A stretch of DNA of 64,000 nt. Source: SAR324 cluster bacterium. Lineage in GTDB: Bacteria; SAR324; XYD2-FULL-50-16; JAERRU01. The DNA is taken from contig JAERRU010000003.1 in NCBI GenBank assembly GCA_016735295.1, positions 64,742 through 128,741 on the forward strand, written 5' to 3'. Under the pieces are notes generated by a model. The model was given only the letters and a program-made list of their open reading frames with translations, was not told where the DNA came from and ran no database searches. Positions 28,996-38,147 of the stretch are shown here, piece after piece. Position 1 is the stretch's first letter; the number at the start of each line of letters is the position of its first letter. Made by a program: the position numbers and the translations under genes.

Positions 28996-29080
28996 CCATT
29001 CTCAAGGGGTGCTTTAACCAGCTGAGAAATTAAAAATTAACCCTTGAACCTGAACCAGATAATGCTGGCGTAGGAATGAG
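28996..29080 (+). promoter_or_regulatory. TPP (THI-box) riboswitch
   Basis: GGGGTGC at 29006-29012 and CTGAGA at 29022-29027. ACCCTTGAACCTGAACCAGATAATGCTGGCGTAGGAA at 29040-29076 matches the conserved THI-element core. A P1-like CATTC/GAATG closes the fold. It lies directly upstream of thiB. Confidence 0.9.
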
Positions 29081-29143
29081 GACTTAATTTTTACTTAACA
29101 GGCTCTTTCCTTTCGCCCTTAATTTAATTAGGAGATTGCGGCT

Positions 29144-30241
29144 ATGTTAAAAAAATTAATCACCCTCATTTTAGATCCAACCATCCACCACAAAAAATCT
29201 GCCCTTACTAAGGAATATGCCAAAATTTTGGCTACCTATCTAGGATTATTTTTTGCCTTGCTGGTCATAAATCCATCACCCCTCAAAGGAGCAGCTTCTG
29301 ATATTAAAATAAAAACTATCACCATATATACTTATGACAGCTTTAGCGGCCCATATGGAGCTGGTCCTAAAATTAAAGACTTATTTGAAAAATCTTGTAA
29401 TTGTAAAATAAAATATCTTTCTTTATCTGACGCTAATCTTATTTTATCAAAGATAATTTTAGAAAATAAGAAAACTTCTGCCGATATAATTTTAGGGATA
29501 GACAACCATCTATTACAAAAAGCTAATCAAACACATCTTTTTAGCCCACATAATATTTCGTTGCCACTAAGCGATTTTAATCCTCCTGATGATTATTTTT
29601 CTGATTTATTTTTACCCTTTGATTATGGCTGGTTCACCTTTGTTTATTCTAATAAAACTTTACCCAATCCGCCAAAAAACTTTGCCGAACTTCTAAACAT
29701 AGGTAATAACAAATCCCGCTCATTAGTAATCCAAGACCCCAGAACATCATCACCAGGATTAGGGTTTTTGGTGTGGTTAAGCACTCTTTATCCTAATAAT
29801 TTAGGGCAAGTATTAAAAAAAATTGATCAACAAGTAATCTCCTATCCCAAAGGATGGTCACAAGCTTATCAAATGTTTTTAGCTGGTGAAGCTAAAATGG
29901 TATTTAGCTATATCACCTCCCCTATTTATCACCAACTTATGGAAAAACGATTTGATATTAAGCCTTGGGTAAGCGGTGATGATTATTATATGCAAATAGA
30001 ATATGCCGCTATTTTGAAAACCAGCAAACAACCAAAATTAGCGAAGGAATTTTTGAAATTTCTTGTCTCCGAGCCAGCACAAAAATTGATTGCTACTACC
30101 CAGTGGATGTATCCCGTAATAAATGTTCCTTTGCCCAAAGCTTTTGGTTTGGCTAAGCCTAAAAATATTATTTGGCCGAAAGTTTTGACTCAGCAAGAAT
30201 ATAAAAAACTAATTGGACAGTGGTTAAACGCCACTAACTAA
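29144..30241 (+). CDS. thiB: thiamine ABC transporter substrate-binding protein
   Basis: 365 aa. TIYTYDSFSGPYGAGPKIKDLFEKSCNCKI...ADIILGIDN is typical of ThiB/TbpA. It is riboswitch-controlled and followed by thiP and thiQ. Confidence 0.85.
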   Translation: MLKKLITLILDPTIHHKKSALTKEYAKILATYLGLFFALLVINPSPLKGAASDIKIKTITIYTYDSFSGPYGAGPKIKDLFEKSCNCKIKYLSLSDANLILSKIILENKKTSADIILGIDNHLLQKANQTHLFSPHNISLPLSDFNPPDDYFSDLFLPFDYGWFTFVYSNKTLPNPPKNFAELLNIGNNKSRSLVIQDPRTSSPGLGFLVWLSTLYPNNLGQVLKKIDQQVISYPKGWSQAYQMFLAGEAKMVFSYITSPIYHQLMEKRFDIKPWVSGDDYYMQIEYAAILKTSKQPKLAKEFLKFLVSEPAQKLIATTQWMYPVINVPLPKAFGLAKPKNIIWPKVLTQQEYKKLIGQWLNATN

Positions 30242-30303
30242 TAATTTGACTAACCGATTATAATATTTATTACTAAATAATATGCTATTTTTTATATTAT
30301 AAA

Positions 30304-31914
30304 ATGTTGATTAATCGGCTAGCTGGGATTTATTTTGGATTAGGATTATTGCTAATCACTTCTTTACTGCTCCCCACTTTTTTACATTTTAATATTGATA
30401 GCTTTAGCCTGCTCTACCATAGCCAATTTTATCAAAAAGCTTTTATATTCTCTTTAAAAAATGCCCTTATCTCTTTGGCAATTTCTTTATTACTGGGTAG
30501 TTTTATTGGCATTATATTAAGTAAATTTTCCGCTAAAATTAGCCGATTTATATATATTATAGGCTCTTTGGGCATGGTTTTACCTACTATCATAGTTATC
30601 TTTGGCTGGCAGAGACTATTTCATTATCGATCTGAGCTAACTATGCTTTTGCATGATTACTTTGCGATTAGTGATAACTTTTTTTACGGCTCTGGGGGTA
30701 TAATATTAATTTATGTATACTACAATTTACCTTTAGTTATAATCACTATCAGCATTAGGTTAGAGCAAATACCTAGCAATTATTTTAGGCTTGCTAGCCA
30801 GTTAGGTTTTGATAAAAAAGATTACTTTATCTATTTATATTGGCCGGTAATAAAAAAATCATTAGCTAATATTGCTTTTTTAGTTTTTCTGGTGTGCTTT
30901 CAAGATTTTTCGATCACCAATATTTTAGGTGGTCGCCCTAGCCAAACCTCTTTACCGGTTTTTATATACCAAGCACTAATTTATAATAATGAGCTTAACC
31001 TAGCAGCAGTAGCCACTGGGTTACAAATTTTACCTAGCCTTGGTTATTTATTTTTTTTATCACGCCAAAAATATCGAAAAAAGCCTTTTACCGCAAGTGA
31101 GGTAAAGCAAGCCTACTTACCAGTTTATCATCATCCTTTGTTTTATAAAATATTAGAAATTTTAGTGCTAATATTATTAGTTGGCTTTATGCTACTTCCT
31201 TTGTGGAATTCTGCATTAAATACGCTAAACATTATTCAGCAAGGGCGTTTCATCAGCCTTGCTAAAGAGCTAATCAGCTATCCAGGTTTTTTAACTAGTA
31301 TAATATTAAGCACTAAGATAGCGATATCATCAGGGATTTTAGCTTGTTTATGCGCTTATTTTCATATAAAAATCTCTTTAAATCGCCCCCTAATTAATAT
31401 TTTCCCTTGGCTATTGTTGATATTACCCCCCTTATCTTTAGCTTTAGGGTGCTTTTTTATTTTATATAAATTTGAGAATTTAGCTGTTTTACAAAACTGG
31501 CAAATCTTAGCGAGTCTGAATTGTTTGATATATTATCCTATTTTAGTATATTTTTGGTATGAGCCCGTAGTTGGCATAAACCGTCAATATGACAAGCTAG
31601 TAAAAACTTTAGGTTTGAATTTATGGCAAAAAATTATTTATATTGAGTGGCCTGCTTTAGGCAAAATATTTTTATTAGGTTTTTCTATCGTCGCCACGCT
31701 AGCTTTAGGTGATTTAACTATAATTTTATTTTTTGGCTCTCCTTTTGAAACTTTAACTATCATTCATCAAAACCTAACTAGTCATTATAGATTTGATTTG
31801 ACGATAATTTTGCAAATCGTATTTTTTATGCTGATAGGTTTATTTTTTCTGCCTGTATTAATGTGGCAATTATTTAATTTTATAATCATTAGAAGCGGTG
31901 TTAGAAGTAGCTAA
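30304..31914 (+). CDS. thiP: thiamine ABC transporter permease (duplicated permease domains)
   Basis: 536-aa polytopic membrane protein with two tandem permease halves. It sits between thiB and thiQ. Confidence 0.8.
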   Translation: MLINRLAGIYFGLGLLLITSLLLPTFLHFNIDSFSLLYHSQFYQKAFIFSLKNALISLAISLLLGSFIGIILSKFSAKISRFIYIIGSLGMVLPTIIVIFGWQRLFHYRSELTMLLHDYFAISDNFFYGSGGIILIYVYYNLPLVIITISIRLEQIPSNYFRLASQLGFDKKDYFIYLYWPVIKKSLANIAFLVFLVCFQDFSITNILGGRPSQTSLPVFIYQALIYNNELNLAAVATGLQILPSLGYLFFLSRQKYRKKPFTASEVKQAYLPVYHHPLFYKILEILVLILLVGFMLLPLWNSALNTLNIIQQGRFISLAKELISYPGFLTSIILSTKIAISSGILACLCAYFHIKISLNRPLINIFPWLLLILPPLSLALGCFFILYKFENLAVLQNWQILASLNCLIYYPILVYFWYEPVVGINRQYDKLVKTLGLNLWQKIIYIEWPALGKIFLLGFSIVATLALGDLTIILFFGSPFETLTIIHQNLTSHYRFDLTIILQIVFFMLIGLFFLPVLMWQLFNFIIIRSGVRSS

Positions 31915-32590
31915 TTTAAGAATTAATTATCAAGATAAATCTGATAATTATGAATATGATTTTTCTTTTAGAATAAATGAAGCACAAATAAATGTTTTAT
32001 TAGGTCCCACAGGCTCTGGCAAATCAACTCTATTAAATGCTCTTGCTGGAGTAATTAAAACATCATCTGGTAAATTTTTTTTTGACGGCACACGTTTAGA
32101 TAATTTACCACCAGCTAAACGCCCATTTATAAGTATGTTTCAAGAGCAAAACTTAATTTTACATCTAGATCTACAAACTAATATTACCTTAGGACTACCC
32201 AAAATAATTGCTAAAGATACTAATTTACTAGCTTACCTAAGTGAGCTATTAACAGTAACTAATTTGAGTGAATTTAAAAAAAGTTTAGCTAGCAATCTAT
32301 CAGGCGGGCAAAAACAATTAGTAGCTTTAATTCGCTGTTTATTGATTGCTAACTTTAAAAAATTTCCTAACTTTAAAAATCGACTTATCTTACTAGACGA
32401 GCCCTTTAATGGACTAGATGTTAATACTAAAAATAAAGTATTAGAATTGATTAGTTTAGAATTAAAAACTAAAAAAATATCATTCCTTCTATCAACTCAC
32501 GATTTAACCATAGCTAAAAAAATTGCTGACCAAGTCTGGCAAATAGACTCTTCATTAACTAAAGTAGGCATTAAAAAAAAGATTTTTTAA
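31898..32590 (+). CDS. thiQ: thiamine ABC transporter ATP-binding protein
   Basis: 230 aa. Walker A is GPTGSGKST, the signature is LSGGQKQLVAL, and Walker B is LILLDEPF. It overlaps the thiP end by 17 nt. Confidence 0.85.
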   Translation: MLEVANLRINYQDKSDNYEYDFSFRINEAQINVLLGPTGSGKSTLLNALAGVIKTSSGKFFFDGTRLDNLPPAKRPFISMFQEQNLILHLDLQTNITLGLPKIIAKDTNLLAYLSELLTVTNLSEFKKSLASNLSGGQKQLVALIRCLLIANFKKFPNFKNRLILLDEPFNGLDVNTKNKVLELISLELKTKKISFLLSTHDLTIAKKIADQVWQIDSSLTKVGIKKKIF

Positions 32591-32768
32591 GTGCCAAATA
32601 ACCAATATTACTCTAAAATCATTGATCCTCATATTTGCCAACTAATAATTAATTTAGATATTATTATCTATGATTATTTATGGTTATTATGGGTACTACC
32701 GCTTAAAGGTTAAGTATGATAAATTAATTAAAAATTGATATAGTACTTTTAATTATCCAAATTTTGTT

Positions 32769-34199
32769 TTGAAACTCCCTAAATACGCCCAAAAACAGCA
32801 GCTCACCGTGTGGAATGATTGCATCACTCCAGTAGACGCCTATTTAAATTTACGAGATAATTATACCCACTCATCACTATATGAATCAGCTGAACAAAAC
32901 GAAGTTTGGGGCAGGCACTCATTTATCGGCTTAGGAAATTTGGTAACGATCGAAAAGAAGGCTAACGAGGTGATTATTAGTCATGGAAAAACTACCGATA
33001 TTTATCCCGGCCAAGACCCCACTAAAGCATTAGAACATGTGTTTAAGGAATTGGGTAATCAAGATAATTTACCGCCGGCATTGGGATATTTATCATATGA
33101 TATAATTAAGCTTTACGAAGAAATTAAAGATAGTCCTAAAGATTCACTGGGCATTGCTGATAGTTTTTTGATTTTACCGGAGGTAATATTAAGTTTTGAT
33201 CATTTTGCCCAAAATTTAACTATTGCCGTTTATTCTTTAGATAAAAAAAATAATGAACGCCTAACCAGCAAAGTAAATAAAATTCTAGCTATTCTTTCTA
33301 AACCAGTGGATAATTTGTCAGGTCGGCTTAAAAAAATAAACCTTTCTGCTAGCGACGATTTAAAATTTACATCCAACATTACTAAAGCTAATTTTTTAAA
33401 GAATATCGAAATTGCTAAACAACACATTATAGAAGGAGATATATTTCAAGTAGTACTTTCGCAAAGGTGGCAGTGTGAATATACTAAAGATCCTTTTTTA
33501 GTTTACCGAAGTTTAAGACATGTTAACCCTAGCCCTTATTTATTTTTTTTAGCCTATCCCAAATTTAGTATCGCCGGCAGCTCACCTGAAGTTTTGGTTA
33601 AAAAAACTGGCCCTAAATTACTCAGTAGACCCATTGCTGGAACTAGACCAAGAGGAGCAACTGAGCAAGAAGATGCTAAACTGGCTCAGGAATTATTAAA
33701 AGATGAAAAAGAGCTAGCCGAGCATAAAATGCTAGTTGATTTAGCGCGCAATGATTTAGGACGAATTAGTGAATTTGGTAGTATAAAAATAACTAAGTAC
33801 TTATCTATTGAAAATTATTCGCATGTAAAGCATATAGTAAGTACAATTGAAGGAAAATCATTACCTAATTTAAGTTTTAGCGATTTAATAAAAGCAGTTT
33901 TTCCTGCAGGAACCTTATCGGGAGCTCCTAAAATAAGAGCGATGCAAATTATAGCTGCTTTAGAAACCGAAAAACGCTGCTTTTATGGGGGAGGAGTTTG
34001 CAAGGTTACTGCTAATGGAGATTTAGATGCTTGCATTGCTATTAGATCGGCGATATTTAAAGATAATAAGGCGTATATCCAGGCAGGAGGAGGCATTGTG
34101 GCTGATTCAATTGGTGAATTTGAATATAATGAATCGGTAAATAAAGCTAAAGCGGTATTTAAAGCTATCCAATATGCTAATAGTTTTGAAAATTACTAA
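32769..34199 (+). CDS. trpE: anthranilate synthase component I (TrpE/PabB family; the TrpE assignment is tentative)
   Basis: 476 aa. The N-terminal LYESAEQNEVWGRHSFIG resembles the TrpE LLES...GRYSFIG block. The chorismate-binding core includes IAGTRPRG, ELAEHKMLVDLARND and GTLSGAPKIRAMQII. The start is TTG. Confidence 0.7.
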   Translation: MKLPKYAQKQQLTVWNDCITPVDAYLNLRDNYTHSSLYESAEQNEVWGRHSFIGLGNLVTIEKKANEVIISHGKTTDIYPGQDPTKALEHVFKELGNQDNLPPALGYLSYDIIKLYEEIKDSPKDSLGIADSFLILPEVILSFDHFAQNLTIAVYSLDKKNNERLTSKVNKILAILSKPVDNLSGRLKKINLSASDDLKFTSNITKANFLKNIEIAKQHIIEGDIFQVVLSQRWQCEYTKDPFLVYRSLRHVNPSPYLFFLAYPKFSIAGSSPEVLVKKTGPKLLSRPIAGTRPRGATEQEDAKLAQELLKDEKELAEHKMLVDLARNDLGRISEFGSIKITKYLSIENYSHVKHIVSTIEGKSLPNLSFSDLIKAVFPAGTLSGAPKIRAMQIIAALETEKRCFYGGGVCKVTANGDLDACIAIRSAIFKDNKAYIQAGGGIVADSIGEFEYNESVNKAKAVFKAIQYANSFENY

Positions 34200-34214
34200 T
34201 TTTTGCTGTATAGT

Positions 34215-34790
34215 ATGATACTACTGATTGATAATTATGACTCTTTTACCTTCAACCTATATCAGTACTTGGGAGAAGAAGGAAAAGAGGTGCTGGTTAT
34301 TAGGAACAATAAGTTTGATTTAGAAAAACTTACTCACATAAATCCTGAGTCTATTGTTATTTCTCCTGGTCCTGGCCGAGCGGCTGATTCGGGGGCAATA
34401 ATTCCTTTAATAAAAAAATTTAGTGGCCACATACCTATTTTAGGGGTTTGCTTGGGGCATCAAGCTATTGCTGAGGCATTTGGTGGGAAGGTTATACATG
34501 CTACAAAGATATTTCATGGTAAATCATCACCCATTAAACACAATGCAAAAGAGATATTTATCAATATTGATGCTAATGCTAAAGTTGGCCGTTATCACTC
34601 TTTAATGGTTGATCGGCAGAGCTTGCCTGATTGTTTAACTATTACTGCGGTTAGTGTGGGCGATAATTGCATTATGGCATTACAACATAAGACGCATTTA
34701 ACTTTTGGCATACAATTTCACCCTGAATCTGTATTAACTCCACAGGGAAAGCTTATTATTAGAAATTTTTTAAAACTTTATAAAACTTAG
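34215..34790 (+). CDS. trpG: anthranilate synthase / aminodeoxychorismate synthase glutamine amidotransferase component II
   Basis: MILLIDNYDSFTFNLYQY. The catalytic triad context is GVCLGHQAI and FHPES. ATG at 34215 is preferred over the track's TTG at 34203. Confidence 0.85.
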   Translation: MILLIDNYDSFTFNLYQYLGEEGKEVLVIRNNKFDLEKLTHINPESIVISPGPGRAADSGAIIPLIKKFSGHIPILGVCLGHQAIAEAFGGKVIHATKIFHGKSSPIKHNAKEIFINIDANAKVGRYHSLMVDRQSLPDCLTITAVSVGDNCIMALQHKTHLTFGIQFHPESVLTPQGKLIIRNFLKLYKT

Positions 34791-34793
34791 AAG

Positions 34794-35732
34794 GTGTCAA
34801 CATTTTGGTATAAATTTTTTGGAATAGTAAAGGTTAGATTTTTGTTTCAAAGCCTATTAGCAGGCATGTCGATTATGATGTGTTATGCGATTGGGTTTTT
34901 ATCGGCAGTTTTATTTGATCATTTTTATTTAGAGGAAGAATTTAGTTTTAACGACTATAAATCTGATATTATTGTTCCTCAAGATAAAAATATATCAATC
35001 AGTCATTTTAGTGAATTGGTGTTAAACAATTTAATAAATACTACTGAAGCTCCGTTAGGATTGCTTGATGAGGGAACAAAAAAGTCTAATTCTAATTTAG
35101 ATGCGGTAATACTTATCGGCACTACAATTTGGACTGATCGGTCTTTAGCGATATTATCAACTGATAATAAAATTAAGGTAGTCGTGCAAGGCAATGATAT
35201 ACCTGATTCTAATATCAAGTTAGTGAAAGTTGAGCGAGGTAGGATTTTACTTAGTTCTGGAAAGCTAGAACGATGGGTTGAGATTAACAGAAATTTATCA
35301 TCTAAAACGGCTAGCCGCCGAGCTAATAAGAAAGATTCAACTAATCAACCATCAGCATCTCCTAGAACTTCTGCTTCTGGAGGCATACAGCTTGATCCGA
35401 TTATAGATAATCAGCAAAATGTTTTTATTCAGCAAGATAGAGTAGAACATGAGCTTAATAACTTTGCTCAATTTTTAAATCAGGCAAGGGTTTTTCCTAA
35501 TTTTGTTGATGATAAACCATCTGGCTATGTGATTAGAAGCATCACTCCAGGTAGTATTTATGAGCAATTGGGTCTTAAAAATGAAGATGTAATTAAAAGT
35601 GTTAATGGAGAAATCATTGACAGCCCTGAGCGGGCATTTGAATTATTTAAATTACTTAGAAATGAGCGGCTCGTTAATTTATCAATAGAGCGGGCGGAAT
35701 CACCCCTTAACATGGATTTTCATATTAACTAA
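34794..35732 (+). CDS. gspC: type II secretion system protein C-like (N-terminal TM, HR-like domain, C-terminal PDZ)
   Basis: 312 aa. The TM is LLAGMSIMMCYAIGFLSAVLF. The middle block AVILIGTTIWTDRSLAILSTDNKIKVVVQGNDIP..IKLVKVERGRILL resembles the GspC secretin-interacting HR domain. The C-terminal PDZ-like part is GYVIRSITPGSIYEQLGLKNEDVIKSVNGEII. No other gsp genes are adjacent. Confidence 0.55.
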   Translation: MSTFWYKFFGIVKVRFLFQSLLAGMSIMMCYAIGFLSAVLFDHFYLEEEFSFNDYKSDIIVPQDKNISISHFSELVLNNLINTTEAPLGLLDEGTKKSNSNLDAVILIGTTIWTDRSLAILSTDNKIKVVVQGNDIPDSNIKLVKVERGRILLSSGKLERWVEINRNLSSKTASRRANKKDSTNQPSASPRTSASGGIQLDPIIDNQQNVFIQQDRVEHELNNFAQFLNQARVFPNFVDDKPSGYVIRSITPGSIYEQLGLKNEDVIKSVNGEIIDSPERAFELFKLLRNERLVNLSIERAESPLNMDFHIN

Positions 35733-35762
35733 TTTTCATATTATCTAACTTCCAATAATGTA

Positions 35763-37295
35763 ATGGATTCATACTCTCATCAAGATCTGATTAAACTAAT
35801 TTTTCAAGCTAGGATATATGACGTATGCACTCGCACTCCGCTTGATTTTATGCCTAACATATCATCAACTTCACAAAATCAAATTTGGATTAAACGAGAA
35901 GATAAACAGCCTATTTTTTCATTTAAAATCCGTGGGGCGTATCACAAAATCAAAGGACTTAGCGAAAAAACATTAAAAAATGGAGTTATTACAGCCTCCG
36001 CAGGTAATCACGCTCAAGGAGTGGCCTTAAGTGCTAAAATAAGAAAAATTAAGGCGACTATCTTTATGCCCCTCAACACTTCTCAAATTAAATTAGCGGC
36101 AGTAAAAAAATTAGGTGCGAAAATAGTTTTAACGGGCAGTAGCTTCAATGAAACCTACGATAAAGCCACCAGCGAAGCAAAAAAACGTAATATTCCTTTT
36201 ATTGAGGCTTTTAATGATCATATGATTATTGCTGGTCAAGGAACTATCGGTCTGGAAATTTTGCAAGATTGTGTGAAATTGCCTGACGCCGTGTTTGTGC
36301 CTATTGGTGGTGGGGGTCTTATTTCGGGGATAGCTATGATCATTAAGGAATTATATCCTAATGTAAAAATTATCGGCGTTGAGCCTGTTGATAGCAATGC
36401 TATGACCGTTTCAATTAAGAACGATAAAATCAAAAAATTATCTCGTCTTAATAGCTTTGCCGATGGAGTTGCTATCGCGAAGGTGGGAGAAATTACTTTT
36501 GATTATTGCAAAAAATTTGTTGATGATTATATCAATGTCACAACTGATGAAATATGCGCTGCGACTAAAATAATTCATAATGATTTACGAGCAGTAACTG
36601 AGCCATCAGGAGCATTAGGGCTAGCGGGAACTTTAAAATATATCAAGCAAGAAAATTGGCGTGATAAAAACCTAATCACGATCAACACTGGCGCTAATAT
36701 GGATTTTGATAGGCTCAAATTTGTTGTTGATAGAACCAAAATTGGTGAGGGGAGAGAGGTTTTATTAGCTATTCATTTAAAAGAACGCCCCGGCACATTA
36801 AAGAAATTTTGCAAAGATATTTTATCAGGAGTAAAAATATCAGAATTTAATTATCGCTACGATAATAAGAAATTAGCAGTAATTTTTCTAGGTTTAGAGG
36901 TCTTGACTACTAATGAAATCAATAAGATATATAAAAGATTATCTAAACATCGCTACAGTTATTTAGATTTAACTAATGACGAATTAGCTAAATATCATTT
37001 GCGATATATATTAAGGGGCCGAGCCTCTTTAATTAACAAGGAAAGATTTTTTCAATGCACCTTTCCTGAAGAGCCTGGTGCACTTTATAATTTTTTAGCT
37101 AAAATAGGCTCCACGTGGAATATTACCCTAGCCCATCATAGGAGCTATGGAGGCACCTATAGCAAAATATTTATCGGGATAGATACTTCTGCTCATAGCG
37201 ATAATTCCAAGCTAGATAGTTTTATGAAATCCTTGCAATATCAATTTACTGAAGAAACTGATAATCAAGGCTTCAAAATGATTTTTACCAGCTAA
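35763..37295 (+). CDS. ilvA: biosynthetic threonine ammonia-lyase (threonine dehydratase)
   Basis: 510 aa. The PLP-lysine block is FSFKIRGAYHKI, followed by SAGNHAQGVA and GGGGLISG. Two C-terminal regulatory ACT-like repeats are present. Confidence 0.9.
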   Translation: MDSYSHQDLIKLIFQARIYDVCTRTPLDFMPNISSTSQNQIWIKREDKQPIFSFKIRGAYHKIKGLSEKTLKNGVITASAGNHAQGVALSAKIRKIKATIFMPLNTSQIKLAAVKKLGAKIVLTGSSFNETYDKATSEAKKRNIPFIEAFNDHMIIAGQGTIGLEILQDCVKLPDAVFVPIGGGGLISGIAMIIKELYPNVKIIGVEPVDSNAMTVSIKNDKIKKLSRLNSFADGVAIAKVGEITFDYCKKFVDDYINVTTDEICAATKIIHNDLRAVTEPSGALGLAGTLKYIKQENWRDKNLITINTGANMDFDRLKFVVDRTKIGEGREVLLAIHLKERPGTLKKFCKDILSGVKISEFNYRYDNKKLAVIFLGLEVLTTNEINKIYKRLSKHRYSYLDLTNDELAKYHLRYILRGRASLINKERFFQCTFPEEPGALYNFLAKIGSTWNITLAHHRSYGGTYSKIFIGIDTSAHSDNSKLDSFMKSLQYQFTEETDNQGFKMIFTS

Positions 37296-37306
37296 ACCTA
37301 ACTAAA

Positions 37307-38026
37307 ATGCCATATTACCTGACTAATCAACTACTTGCTGTAGGAGATAATTTCAAGATGATTGGGTCAGAAATGCACCACATCAGGGTTAATCGTCAAT
37401 TAGCGTTAGGCAATTATATAAGCGTACAAGACCCAAAACCTAAAAGATTTTTATGTGTCATCACCGAAATATTTAATGATCACATACTACTAAAAGTGGA
37501 TCAGGTAGTAGCGACTATTAACATTAAGGATCGCAAACTATCTTTATATGTTGGCTTCGCTCGAGAAAAGGCCCTTAATTTTATTTTACAAAAATCCACC
37601 GAACTTAACGTGCAAGAGATTGTACTATTTAAAAGCACCTATTCGCAACCCATCCCCAAAGAAGCGACTCTGCACCAAAAAGTTAACCGTTGGCAAAAAA
37701 TTATTAGTGAAGCGGCCAAGCAATCAAATAGGTTAGATTTGCCTAAATTAACAGTGCTAAACTCGCTAATAACAGCTAAAGAACGTGCCTGCACTAATAA
37801 AGAATTAATTTATGTTTTTGATAAAGAAGGGAAAAAACTATCTCATCAATCATTAATTTCTCTTAAGCCTAGTGCCCTTTTTATCGGGCCAGAAGGGGGT
37901 TTTTCGGTTGAAGAATTAAAATTAATTAGTATTGATAAAAATTGTATTTTCAAACTAGGTGATTTAAATTTACGCGTGGAAACCGCCGCTATCACCGCAT
38001 TATCTCTGCTTAAATTAGCTAACTAA
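37307..38026 (+). CDS. rsmE: 16S rRNA (uracil1498-N3)-methyltransferase
   Basis: 239 aa. It has a PUA-like N-terminus with HHIRVNR and a SPOUT C-terminus, FIGPEGGFSVEELKL...LNLRVETAAITAL. Confidence 0.8.
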   Translation: MPYYLTNQLLAVGDNFKMIGSEMHHIRVNRQLALGNYISVQDPKPKRFLCVITEIFNDHILLKVDQVVATINIKDRKLSLYVGFAREKALNFILQKSTELNVQEIVLFKSTYSQPIPKEATLHQKVNRWQKIISEAAKQSNRLDLPKLTVLNSLITAKERACTNKELIYVFDKEGKKLSHQSLISLKPSALFIGPEGGFSVEELKLISIDKNCIFKLGDLNLRVETAAITALSLLKLAN

Positions 38027-38147
38027 CATCTTTAAAATTATCTACCTATCTAAACAATTATCTATCTATCTAATAACCATATCTAATCAAAAAACATATC
38101 AGTTCGCCCAAAAAAATGGGGTAGGGAGAATATGTTTCCTTTAAAAA

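Noticed and set aside
38038-38088. Repeated TATCTA / ATTATCTA motifs between the convergent rsmE and gatB genes
   Set aside because: This is short low-complexity sequence in an AT-rich convergent spacer, with irregular spacing and no hairpin or other supporting signal.
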